Shown here: piece after piece, positions 8,213 to 16,253 of the stretch
Layout: each line of letters starts with the position of its first letter
Numbering within the stretch: the first letter of the stretch is position 1
Assembly: GCF_000179635.2 (NCBI RefSeq)
Contig: NC_014833.1
Location: 2,460,001 to 2,492,000 of the forward strand
From: Ruminococcus albus 7 = DSM 20455
Lineage (GTDB): Bacteria > Bacillota > Clostridia > Oscillospirales > Ruminococcaceae
Direction of reading: 5' to 3'
DNA length: 32,000 bases
Position numbers and translations under genes: made by a program
The notes under the pieces: generated by a model
Seen by the model: only the letters and a program-made list of their open reading frames with translations
The model's database searches: none
Told to the model about the DNA's origin: nothing

Positions 8213-9628
8213 TTAAAGCTTAGTTATGGTAGTGCCCTGACGAGTTTCCTTGACCTCATATCCAAGTGCGGTTATCTTATCGCGGAGCTCATCTGCTTTT
8301 GCAAAATCCTTAGCCTTTCTGGCAGCCTGTCTTTCCTCAACAAGAGCCATGACCTCAGCAGGGATATCAGCAGAGCTGTTCTTCTCATTCAGCTTATTAG
8401 CAGCAGCAATAAGACCTACACAAAGTACCTTGTCGATATCTTCGATAGCTGCCAGCTTTGTAGCTGCAGAAGCATCGGATTTGAGTATATCATAGATGAC
8501 AGTCATGCCGTTTGAAGTATTGAGGTCTTCATCCATAGCTGCTGCGAAAGCGGCTTTGAGCTCATCTTTTTTAGCGGCATCTGCAGGTGCTGCATCCTTT
8601 TCGTTCAGCAGTGCAGCGATCCTTGCTGTCAGCTTATCATAAGCAGTCTTTGCATTGTCAAGGTTCTCCCAGGAGAACACCAGTGACTTTCTGTAGTGTG
8701 ACTGTAGGCAGAAAAATCTGTAAACAAGGGGATCGTAGCCCTTTTCTTCAAGCAGTGACACTGTCAGGAACTCGCCCTTTGACTTGGACATCTTACCTGT
8801 ATCGGTATTAAGGTGATGCACATGGAACCAGTAGTTGCACCATTTGTGTCCGATATAAGCCTCTGACTGTGCTATCTCATTAGTATGGTGTGGGAAGATA
8901 TTATCAACGCCGCCGCAGTGTATATCAAGCTTATCACCCAGGTTCTTCATAGAGATACAGCTGCACTCGATATGCCAGCCGGGATATCCAACGCCCCATG
9001 GAGATTCCCATTTAAGCTCCTGATCATCGAATTTGGATTTTGTGAACCACAGCACGAAGTCTGCCTTGTTGCGCTTATTGGTATCTTCCTCAACGCCCTC
9101 ACGTACACCTACTTCCAGATCTTCAGCGCTGAAATTATGGAAAACATAATATTCGTCCAGCTTTGAAGTATCAAAGTAGATATTTCCGCCTGCCTCGTAG
9201 GCATAGCCCTTTTCAATAAGTGAAGAGATGACCTTGATGAACTCATCGATGTATGTAGTTGCAGGTGCGACAACATCAGGGGTCTTGATATTGAGCTTAG
9301 CGCAGTCAGCGAAGAAAGCATCGGTATAGAACTTAGCTATCTCCATGACAGTCTTATGCTCACGCTTTGCTCCCTTGAGCATTTTGTCATCGCCTGTATC
9401 ACCGTCAGAGGTGAGATGTCCCACATCTGTTATATTCATTACACGCTTAACATCAAGACCTGTCCAGCGCATATACTTTTCGAGAACATCTTCCATGATA
9501 TAGCTTCTGAGGTTGCCTATATGTGCATAGTGATACACGGTAGGACCGCAGGTATACATAGATACCTTACCTGCCTCGTTCGGAACAAATTCCTCTACCT
9601 TATGGCTTAGTGTGTTATAGATCTTCAT
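8213..9628 (-). CDS. cysS: cysteine--tRNA ligase
   Basis: 471 aa. Class I signatures HIGN (YHYAHIGNLRSY) and KMSKS are present, along with the Zn-site context WHIECS. GGAGG lies 9 nt upstream of the ATG. Confidence 0.95.
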   Translation of the reverse strand: MKIYNTLSHKVEEFVPNEAGKVSMYTCGPTVYHYAHIGNLRSYIMEDVLEKYMRWTGLDVKRVMNITDVGHLTSDGDTGDDKMLKGAKREHKTVMEIAKFYTDAFFADCAKLNIKTPDVVAPATTYIDEFIKVISSLIEKGYAYEAGGNIYFDTSKLDEYYVFHNFSAEDLEVGVREGVEEDTNKRNKADFVLWFTKSKFDDQELKWESPWGVGYPGWHIECSCISMKNLGDKLDIHCGGVDNIFPHHTNEIAQSEAYIGHKWCNYWFHVHHLNTDTGKMSKSKGEFLTVSLLEEKGYDPLVYRFFCLQSHYRKSLVFSWENLDNAKTAYDKLTARIAALLNEKDAAPADAAKKDELKAAFAAAMDEDLNTSNGMTVIYDILKSDASAATKLAAIEDIDKVLCVGLIAAANKLNEKNSSADIPAEVMALVEERQAARKAKDFAKADELRDKITALGYEVKETRQGTTITKL

Positions 9629-9649
9629 TATATGTTACCTCCATATATA

Positions 9650-10273
9650 TTACTTGGTTTTACCTGTGATCTCCATTCTTACGGGCTTTTTGAAATTAAG
9701 TTCATTTACACCCGTTACGCTGAACCAGCTGAACTCACCACCGAACAGCGAGTATGCATCATCCATTAGTGCAGCTTCGTCCTTGAAAAACTTTCTGCGC
9801 TGGATGATCTTCGATTCAGTTTCATAAGCTGACAGCCATCCTGCGCTGTCAGCAAGACAAACAGCATAATAGCAGTATGGATTGATCTTCCCTCCCGTAT
9901 GCTCAGCAAAAGTTCTCTGCTGTTCATCAGTAATCGGTGTACGCTTGTATGACTTAATCTCAAGTCTGCGGAAACTGTCAAAGTAATTGACGAACATACG
10001 GTAGCCTTCCTTATCACCGAAATATGTCATAAGTATATCGTACCAATCCGCATTGGGTTCATCATAAGTCAGTGAACACCTGATATAATCCGTGAACAAT
10101 CTCCAGTCTGCAGGCAGAAGAGAATACTTCTCGGGACTGTCGCTCAGTATGCCGTTAGATGCTTTGCAGAAGTCATATCCGAACTGGAAATATCTCAGCG
10201 CTGTAAGATTCTCACCGCCCGTAAACAAATACGGTTTTGCAAGAATATATTCGATCAGTTTGATAGTGTCCAT
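9650..10273 (-). CDS. hypothetical cytoplasmic protein (orf207) embedded between cysE and cysS
   Basis: 207 aa with no TM helix, signal peptide or recognisable motif. Its ATG (10273-10271) directly abuts the cysE TAA (10276-10274). The SD GAGGGTGA lies inside the last cysE codons. Its stop is 21 nt before the cysS ATG. Confidence 0.7.
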   Translation of the reverse strand: MDTIKLIEYILAKPYLFTGGENLTALRYFQFGYDFCKASNGILSDSPEKYSLLPADWRLFTDYIRCSLTYDEPNADWYDILMTYFGDKEGYRMFVNYFDSFRRLEIKSYKRTPITDEQQRTFAEHTGGKINPYCYYAVCLADSAGWLSAYETESKIIQRRKFFKDEAALMDDAYSLFGGEFSWFSVTGVNELNFKKPVRMEITGKTK

Positions 10274-10945
10274 TTATTCACCCTCTTGATCAAGGCGTTT
10301 TTCAAGTTCTTCGATACGTTTTTTTAGACGATCGATCTCAAGTCTTTCCTTGCACAGCTCCAGCGAAACAGGGTCAGGGATATGGACCTGGTCAAGATCG
10401 AGGGTACGCTTGCCGTTCTGCTTTACTACCCTTGCGGGTACGCCTACACAAGTGCAGTTTTCAGGAACAGGTTCAAGCACCACAGCATTCGCAGCTATCT
10501 TTGAATTATCACCAACTTTGAAAGGACCCAGAACTTTAGCACCGCAGCCTACCATGACGTTATTGCCCAGTGTAGGGTGTCGCTTGCCCTGATCTTTTCC
10601 GGTACCGCCAAGGGTACATCCCTGATACAGCAGGCAGTTATCGCCTATCTCAGCTGTTTCACCAATGACAACACCTGCGCCGTGGTCTATTAGCAGACCC
10701 TTTCCTATCTTTGCACCCGGGTGTATCTCAATACCGGTAAGAAAACGAGCTGTCTGAGATATCAGCCTTGCAATAAACTTGAAGTTTTTTAAATAGAACC
10801 AGTGAGCCACACGGTACATAGCAACAGCGTGAAGACCCGAGTATGTCAGTATCTCCAAAGTACTTGTAGCCGCAGGGTCTCTCTCTTTGATAGAGCGTAT
10901 CTCCTCTTTATAGGTGCTTATTATCCTGCCGATAAAATTGCTCAT
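10274..10945 (-). CDS. cysE: serine O-acetyltransferase
   Basis: Left-handed beta-helix hexapeptide repeats ([38 protein letters not shown]...). The N-terminal SATase helical region is present. GGAGGATAGGTA precedes the ATG. Confidence 0.9.
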   Translation of the reverse strand: MSNFIGRIISTYKEEIRSIKERDPAATSTLEILTYSGLHAVAMYRVAHWFYLKNFKFIARLISQTARFLTGIEIHPGAKIGKGLLIDHGAGVVIGETAEIGDNCLLYQGCTLGGTGKDQGKRHPTLGNNVMVGCGAKVLGPFKVGDNSKIAANAVVLEPVPENCTCVGVPARVVKQNGKRTLDLDQVHIPDPVSLELCKERLEIDRLKKRIEELEKRLDQEGE

Positions 10946-11057
10946 TACCTATCCTCCGTATCCGCCGAAAGTCTGCCTTTCAGCATATCACACGTCTCTA
11001 CATCCTCGTAGACGCTAAAGAAACATTTATTTTCTATATCAAACATATACAGTATAT

Positions 11058-11318
11058 ACAACAAAAGCCTCCGAACACGCATACAAGCGCATTCGGAGGC
11101 GTATTTAACCGCTGTCCCACTCCGTTTCACTGTACAAAATATTGTACAGCCTTGAGATCCTTAACGCGGATAAACGTGGAGAGATACTGAGCTATAAATG
11201 CCGTTCCCTTCTCCCTGCTGTCAGCCGCACTTCCCTCCGCCACGGCTTAGCCTTGCACCAAACGGCTCTTCTCTTTACGCCATAGATGCGGGGTACTCTT
11301 GCTGATACGCATTTTCGT
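11058..11318 (-). promoter_or_regulatory. T-box riboswitch leader, Cys specifier (UGC), with terminator/antiterminator
   Basis: Read on the minus strand. Stem I starts UGCGUAUCAGCAAGAGUA. It has an AG bulge AGAGAAG and a distal loop GUUUGGUGCAA. The specifier loop 3' side is GAAG-UGC-G (UGC is the reverse complement of 11227-11229). The antiterminator is CGGAG(11124-11120)-bulge UGGGACA-GCG-loop-CGC-CUCCG(11098-11094). The competing terminator is GCCUCCGAA(11100-11092)/UUCGGAGGC(11075-11067) followed by UUUUGUUGU. Confidence 0.9.
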
Positions 11319-11327
11319 GGTATTCAA

Positions 11328-11921
11328 TTATTCGTTGGGGTCAATATATTTACCGTAAGCTTTAAGATAAATACCGCCTGATATAACAGTAAGCACAACT
11401 GCTATCCAAATAAGCAATTCGTTTATAAGGAATACAGGGTGTGTCCAGTTGAGATCGGGTGCACCCTTCAGCTCGGGATAGACGATCTGCAGGAACATTA
11501 TGGCGATCATAGCCACCATAGTGAAAGCTGTCTTCAGCTTGCCCCAGATACCTGCGGCAACCACAACTCCTTCTCCTGCGACCACAAGCCTGAGTCCTGT
11601 AACCATGAACTCACGGGCAAGTATGATAACTACCGCTACGGGATCTATCCATCTTTCAAAAGTAAAGCATATCAGTGCCACCATAACAAGCAGCTTATCC
11701 GCCAGGGGGTCAAGGAACTTGCCGAATGTTGTCACAAGATTCTGTGATCTTGCTATCTTGCCGTCCAGCATATCCGTAAGTGAAGCGATGATGAAAACAG
11801 CCATCGCAAGCGCTGTGTGCAGCCTGGGTCCTATCTCAAACCAAAGCATGAATAACATAAAGAACGGTATAAGTATGACCCTGAGTACCGTCAGCTTATT
11901 TGGCAGATTCATTTTCTTCAT
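11328..11921 (-). CDS. pgsA: CDP-diacylglycerol--glycerol-3-phosphate 3-phosphatidyltransferase
   Basis: CDP-alcohol phosphatidyltransferase motif DMLDGKIARSQNLVTTFGKFLDPLADK. Multiple TM helices. GGAGGG lies 6 nt upstream of the ATG. It follows rimO, which is typical Clostridia synteny. Confidence 0.9.
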   Translation of the reverse strand: MKKMNLPNKLTVLRVILIPFFMLFMLWFEIGPRLHTALAMAVFIIASLTDMLDGKIARSQNLVTTFGKFLDPLADKLLVMVALICFTFERWIDPVAVVIILAREFMVTGLRLVVAGEGVVVAAGIWGKLKTAFTMVAMIAIMFLQIVYPELKGAPDLNWTHPVFLINELLIWIAVVLTVISGGIYLKAYGKYIDPNE

Positions 11922-11933
11922 GGAAAGCCCTCC

Positions 11934-13265
11934 TTATTCCGTTACAGTTCCCAGCAGATCATAGTCAAGGGTATCAAAAAGCTCGACCTTGACATACTGA
12001 CCCACAGCGACTTTTTTCTCGGATGTAAAGAATACCTTTCCGTCTATATCGGGAGCATCAGCTGCCCCTCTGCCGAAATAGCATTCGGCATAACGGTCAA
12101 AACCTTCACAGACTATCTCAACTGTTTTGCCCAGCTGAGCCTGATTGTATCTGTCTGCTACCAGCATCTGCTCCTGCATTATTATATCAGCACGCCTGTT
12201 TCTGGTCTGTTCATCGACCTGATCGGGCATGGAATAAGCCTTGGTACCTTCCTCGGGAGAATATGCAAAACAGCCGAGTCTTTCAAAGCCCACGTTCTTA
12301 ACGAACTCACACAGTTCCTCAAACTGAGCTTCTGTCTCACCGGGAAATCCTGCGATAAGCGTTGTTCTGAGAACTATGTCAGGTATCCTTGCACGAAGCT
12401 TCTGTATCAGCTCCAGAAGATACGCTTCACTGCCCACACGGTTCATCCTTTTAAGTATCTCCGCGTTACAATGCTGAATCGGCATATCTATATATTTTAC
12501 AAGCTTTTCTTCACTTGCGAGGACATCAATGAATTCATCGCTTATACGTTCGGGATAGCTGTAAAGAGTTCTTATCCATTTAAATCCATCTATTTCACAA
12601 AGCTTTTTCAGGAGTTCGGGAAGCATTGACTTACCGTAAAGATCCTCACCATAGCGTGTAGTATCCTGTGCTATAACAACAAGCTCGGTAACACCGTGTT
12701 CAGCCAGCCATTTTGCTTCTTCAAGGATATCTTCCATCTTTCTGCTGCGGAACTTTCCTCTTATCGCCGGGATAGCGCAGTAAGTACAGCAGTTTGAACA
12801 TCCCTCTGCTATTTTAATATATGCAAAGAACGGCTCAGTCGATATCAGTCTGCCGCCCTCCATAGGAAGATCGGTCTTACTGCCGTATGCACATATACTT
12901 TCCTCAGTACGGTAGATATCCCTTATTATATCGGCTATATTACCGTTTGAGCCAAGACCTACTACTGCATCAAGCTCCGGTATCTCCTTTTTCATCTCAT
13001 CACGGTAACGCTCTGCCAGACAGCCCGTTGCTATTACGTGCTTGATCCTGCCTTCCTGCTTCAGGGTGCAGAATTCCAGTATAGTATCGATCGCTTCCTG
13101 CTTTGCAGATTCAATAAACCCGCAGGTATTAACGATGACAACATCTGCCAGTGCGGCATCACTTACAAGCTCATAGCCCTCTTTTTTCAGGTCAAATAAC
13201 ATATGCTCAGCATCGACCTGATTTTTGGGGCAACCAAGAGAAACCATTCCCACTCTTGTAGACAT
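11934..13265 (-). CDS. rimO: ribosomal protein S12 methylthiotransferase
   Basis: N-terminal UPF0004 domain (SLGCPKNQVDAEHM, NTCGFI). Radical-SAM motif CSNCCTYCAIP. C-terminal TRAM domain. 443 aa. Confidence 0.9.
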   Translation of the reverse strand: MSTRVGMVSLGCPKNQVDAEHMLFDLKKEGYELVSDAALADVVIVNTCGFIESAKQEAIDTILEFCTLKQEGRIKHVIATGCLAERYRDEMKKEIPELDAVVGLGSNGNIADIIRDIYRTEESICAYGSKTDLPMEGGRLISTEPFFAYIKIAEGCSNCCTYCAIPAIRGKFRSRKMEDILEEAKWLAEHGVTELVVIAQDTTRYGEDLYGKSMLPELLKKLCEIDGFKWIRTLYSYPERISDEFIDVLASEEKLVKYIDMPIQHCNAEILKRMNRVGSEAYLLELIQKLRARIPDIVLRTTLIAGFPGETEAQFEELCEFVKNVGFERLGCFAYSPEEGTKAYSMPDQVDEQTRNRRADIIMQEQMLVADRYNQAQLGKTVEIVCEGFDRYAECYFGRGAADAPDIDGKVFFTSEKKVAVGQYVKVELFDTLDYDLLGTVTE

Positions 13266-13314
13266 AAAATAAGAACTCCTATCGATTTATCTTTCCGTTC
13301 AATTACATTATTAT

Positions 13315-13343
13315 ATTATAACACCTTTTTTCTGATTTGTAAA
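13315..13343 (-). promoter_or_regulatory. sigma-A promoter TTTACA-17-TATAAT with a TG extension
   Basis: -35 TTTACA is the reverse complement of 13338-13343. -10 TATAAT is the reverse complement of 13315-13320, preceded by TGT. The spacer is 17 nt. It lies about 50 nt upstream of the rimO ATG. Confidence 0.7.
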
Positions 13344-13393
13344 GGGTTGAAAAAATATTTTTACATTATGTGGCATATCATACTAGATATCAG

Positions 13394-13444
13394 AAAAAAC
13401 AACAGTCCTTTCAGCTCTGCGTTATCCTGCATGGCTGAAAAGAC
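13394..13444 (-). terminator. intrinsic terminator after orf134 (end of the recA operon)
   Basis: The minus strand reads GUCUUUUCAGC...GCUGAAAGGAC, an 11-bp stem in which one position pairs only as G-U on the minus-strand RNA. It is followed by UGUUGUUUUUU. Confidence 0.8.
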
Positions 13445-13458
13445 CGGTCATATCTAGC

Positions 13459-13863
13459 TCAACAGATCTTACCCTCGCAGGATACTTCTATAGAACCATC
13501 ACCAAGAAGTTCGATCATAACACCTTCACCAAGCGCACCGTTTTTTGCAGATACAGAAATGCTCAGCACAAGTCCGTCATCATCCTCATCCACAAAGGCG
13601 CTTTCGATCTCCATGATCTCTTCGATCTGAGCGGAGGTAAGCAGCGGATATTTTTTCTTGTCATACTTTCCGTCGCGCTTGATTATCTCAGCCAGCTTTG
13701 ATTTATTACGCTCTACCCTGCCCAGTTTATCAGCGATATCAGAAATATTATCCATTATATCCTGCTGATCTTCCATATAAAAAAGCACCTTGACCGGCTT
13801 TCCCCATATCTCATAGGATATCTCAAAGGCTTCCTGTTCCTCATTATATCTTATCTTATCCAT
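13459..13863 (-). CDS. hypothetical small acidic protein (orf134), co-transcribed with recA-recX
   Basis: 134 aa, D/E-rich, with no TM helix and no motif I recognise. Its ATG lies 3 nt after the recX TAG. The SD GAGGAGGAG is formed by the terminal Glu codons of recX. A terminator follows. Confidence 0.7.
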   Translation of the reverse strand: MDKIRYNEEQEAFEISYEIWGKPVKVLFYMEDQQDIMDNISDIADKLGRVERNKSKLAEIIKRDGKYDKKKYPLLTSAQIEEIMEIESAFVDEDDDGLVLSISVSAKNGALGEGVMIELLGDGSIEVSCEGKIC

Positions 13864-13866
13864 AGT

Positions 13867-14502
13867 CTACTCCTCCTCGCCATATTCTTCCTCTATATCC
13901 CGCAGTACGTCTCTGATAAGATCATAGCTGTAACCATATCTTACAAGAGAATTCTTAACGCGGTTGACCCCTTTTTCATCATCAAGATAACGAAGAAACT
14001 TTTTCTCCACCAGTTCATAAAGGCGGTCATACCAGGTATTCTCCTCATCTTCATCATATTTATCAAGCACATCATTTATGACCTCTGCAGTAAGACCTTT
14101 TGTGCGCATCTCACGGAAAGCCCTTGTTCTGCCGAATTTTTTGACCTCAACATAGTGCCTTGCAAGACCCTCTGCATAGCGCCTGTCATTTACGGCACCC
14201 AGCTCTACCATTTTATCAAGCACGCGGTAACAGGTATCTTCCGAATAGTTCTTTTCCAGCTTACGGAAAAGCTCAATATACGAATAATCCTTATAATCCA
14301 GCAGATACAGTGCCCTTTCACGCGCCTTGCGGTATTCCTCCTCAGCTTTGATCTCTTCCCACGCAGACAAAGGCAGACTGATGCCTGCCTTTAAATTATA
14401 TCTGCTGACGATATCGCGGTTGAGAAACTCAGCGTCCCTGTCCTCGAACTCAATGATGTAAGTAGCGCCTTTGTATACAGAAACGTTGGTGATACTGAGC
14501 AT
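13867..14502 (-). CDS. recX: recombination regulator RecX
   Basis: About 211 aa of helical-repeat protein immediately downstream of recA. It shows RecX-like repeated helical motifs (YLLDYKDYSYIELFRKL, RHYVEVKKFGRTRAFREMRTKGL). ATG at 14502 lies 1 nt after the recA TAA, with GGTGA upstream. The track uses the GTG at 14511. Confidence 0.75.
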   Translation of the reverse strand: MLSITNVSVYKGATYIIEFEDRDAEFLNRDIVSRYNLKAGISLPLSAWEEIKAEEEYRKARERALYLLDYKDYSYIELFRKLEKNYSEDTCYRVLDKMVELGAVNDRRYAEGLARHYVEVKKFGRTRAFREMRTKGLTAEVINDVLDKYDEDEENTWYDRLYELVEKKFLRYLDDEKGVNRVKNSLVRYGYSYDLIRDVLRDIEEEYGEEE

Positions 14503-14503
14503 T

Positions 14504-15700
14504 TTATTCACCGAGAGATCCTATATCTATAGGAGCAAATTCTTCAAAATCCTCTTCCGCAGAACTATCTGGTTCAGATGCCTCTGAGATACCTGCACCT
14601 GCATTAGCCTTTTCTTCAAGCTTTGACTTCTTATCGTTCTTCTGACCTGCTGCAGCGATCATTTCTGCAGACGAAGCCTTGATCTTGTTTTCGATCTCAG
14701 CCATAATATCTGGATGATCGAGAAGGAACTGCTTGGAATTGTCCCTGCCCTGTCCCAGCTTATAATCCTCATAGCTGAACCATGCGCCGCCCTTCTTGAC
14801 GATGCCAAGATCTACAGCGGTATCAAGCACCTCACCCACACGGGAGATACCCTTGCCGTACATGATATCGAACTCACACTCCTTGAAAGGAGGAGCCACC
14901 TTGTTCTTTACGACCTTACATTTAGTCCTGTTACCGAGGACTTCTCCACCGTCCTTTATCTGCTCGCCGCGTCTTACTTCGATACGCACCGAAGCGTAGA
15001 ACTTCAGTGCACGTCCGCCCGGAGTAGTTTCTGGGTTGCCGTACATTACACCTATCTTCTCACGCACCTGATTAATGAATACGCAGGTGGTGTTTGATTT
15101 TGAAACAACGCCAGTCAGCTTTCTCATAGCCTGTGACATAAGTCTTGCCAGCTGACCTACGTGAGTATCGCCCATTTCACCGTCGATCTCAGCCTTTGTT
15201 ACCATAGCTGCAACGGAGTCGATAACTATACAGTCGATAGCACCCGATCTTGCCAGCGCTTCAGCGATCTCCAGTGCCTGTTCACCGCTGTCGGGCTGTG
15301 ATACAAGCATACTGTCTATATCAACACCCAGGTTCTTGGCATATACAGGGTCAAGTGCGTGCTCAACGTCTATGAAAGCGACCTCGCCGCCCATTTTCTG
15401 AGTTTCAGCGATAATATGCAGTGCAACTGTTGTCTTACCTGAGGACTCGGGTCCGTATATCTCAATGATACGTCCACGGGGAACTCCACCGATACCGAGT
15501 GCCATATCCAGCATCATGGAACCTGTGGGTATAGCCTCAACGTCCATGGCTCTTGCATCGCCAAGCTTCATTATAGCGCCCTTTCCGAACTGCTTCTCGA
15601 TGAATGCGATAGCAGTTTCAAGAGCCTTCTTCTTTTCCTCAGCGTCTGTGATGTTGTGGACCTTGACGTCCTTTTCCTTTTTCTTCTTATCGATAGCCAT
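14504..15700 (-). CDS. recA: recombinase RecA, with a ~45-aa acidic C-terminal extension
   Basis: Walker [10 protein letters not shown]. Conserved blocks are [18 protein letters not shown] and [30 protein letters not shown]. 398 aa. Confidence 0.97.
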   Translation of the reverse strand: MAIDKKKKEKDVKVHNITDAEEKKKALETAIAFIEKQFGKGAIMKLGDARAMDVEAIPTGSMMLDMALGIGGVPRGRIIEIYGPESSGKTTVALHIIAETQKMGGEVAFIDVEHALDPVYAKNLGVDIDSMLVSQPDSGEQALEIAEALARSGAIDCIVIDSVAAMVTKAEIDGEMGDTHVGQLARLMSQAMRKLTGVVSKSNTTCVFINQVREKIGVMYGNPETTPGGRALKFYASVRIEVRRGEQIKDGGEVLGNRTKCKVVKNKVAPPFKECEFDIMYGKGISRVGEVLDTAVDLGIVKKGGAWFSYEDYKLGQGRDNSKQFLLDHPDIMAEIENKIKASSAEMIAAAGQKNDKKSKLEEKANAGAGISEASEPDSSAEEDFEEFAPIDIGSLGE

Positions 15701-15756
15701 ATTTTTTATTTCCTTTCAAAATTGAATTTTATCGGAAATCTTTCTTTCCTGCATAT

Positions 15757-15765
15757 ATTATAACA
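15757..15765 (-). promoter_or_regulatory. extended -10 promoter element TGTTATAAT upstream of recA
   Basis: The reverse complement of 15757-15765 is TGTTATAAT, about 55 nt upstream of the recA ATG. The -35 is weak (GTACAA). Confidence 0.5.
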
Positions 15766-15846
15766 CATTAACTGTCCCTTTGTACGGACTGCAAGTGATT
15801 TTTTGCCATATTTATGATTTGAGTACCGAATTTTGTACGCTTAGCG

Positions 15847-16227
15847 TTAAGTGTACTTTCTGATGTACTCCAAACGTTTTTTACGACGTTCTGCACCGTT
15901 TTTCTTATGAAAAAAGTTATCCTGAAGACTTCTTTTTCTCATAAGTGCATGATATATAGCCATATGTCCACTGAGTTCGGATCCTGCATCAAACAGAATA
16001 CCCCATGGCCTTGCGGGCCGTTTGGCACACATGGGACAACCAGGATCTCCGCAGACATCTTCTACCCATGTATCACAGGCTAAACAGGCTTTAGCATCAT
16101 ACATCGGGAAATCGTACAGAATACCACCGCAGTTATCACATACAAAACCTGTTTCAAAAGCAAAGCCCTCATTTACAAGCCTGCGGAGTTTTGATCTGCG
16201 TTTCAGATAGTTCTTCCTGTTTTTCAA
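15847..16227 (-). CDS. hypothetical basic Cys-rich (zinc-ribbon-like) protein
   Basis: 126 aa. Seven Cys are arranged CxxC...CxxC...Cx5CxxC. Both termini are Lys/Arg-rich. The only in-frame start upstream of the first CxxC is TTG at 16227, with GGTGA 6 nt upstream. It lies 26 nt after the LRR gene. Confidence 0.5.
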   Translation of the reverse strand: MKNRKNYLKRRSKLRRLVNEGFAFETGFVCDNCGGILYDFPMYDAKACLACDTWVEDVCGDPGCPMCAKRPARPWGILFDAGSELSGHMAIYHALMRKRSLQDNFFHKKNGAERRKKRLEYIRKYT

Positions 16228-16253
16228 AAAGCATCACCGCCGATATACCGGCA

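Noticed and set aside
10945-11130. 61-aa minus-strand ORF upstream of cysE
   Set aside because: It lies inside the T-box terminator/antiterminator region, so the open frame is better explained by the RNA structure. It has no SD.
11439-11964. Plus-strand ORFs of 102 and 154 aa opposite pgsA, and similar plus-strand ORFs opposite cysS, the HK gene, recA and others
   Set aside because: All lie antisense to well-supported conserved genes. They have Ser/Ile/Cys-rich shadow composition, no SDs and no plus-strand promoters or terminators.
15701-15846. LexA (Cheo-box, GAAC-N4-GTTC) operator upstream of recA
   Set aside because: No GAAC-N4-GTTC match is present. Only a GTAC-N8-GTAC palindrome (about 15823-15838) occurs, and it does not fit the known consensus.
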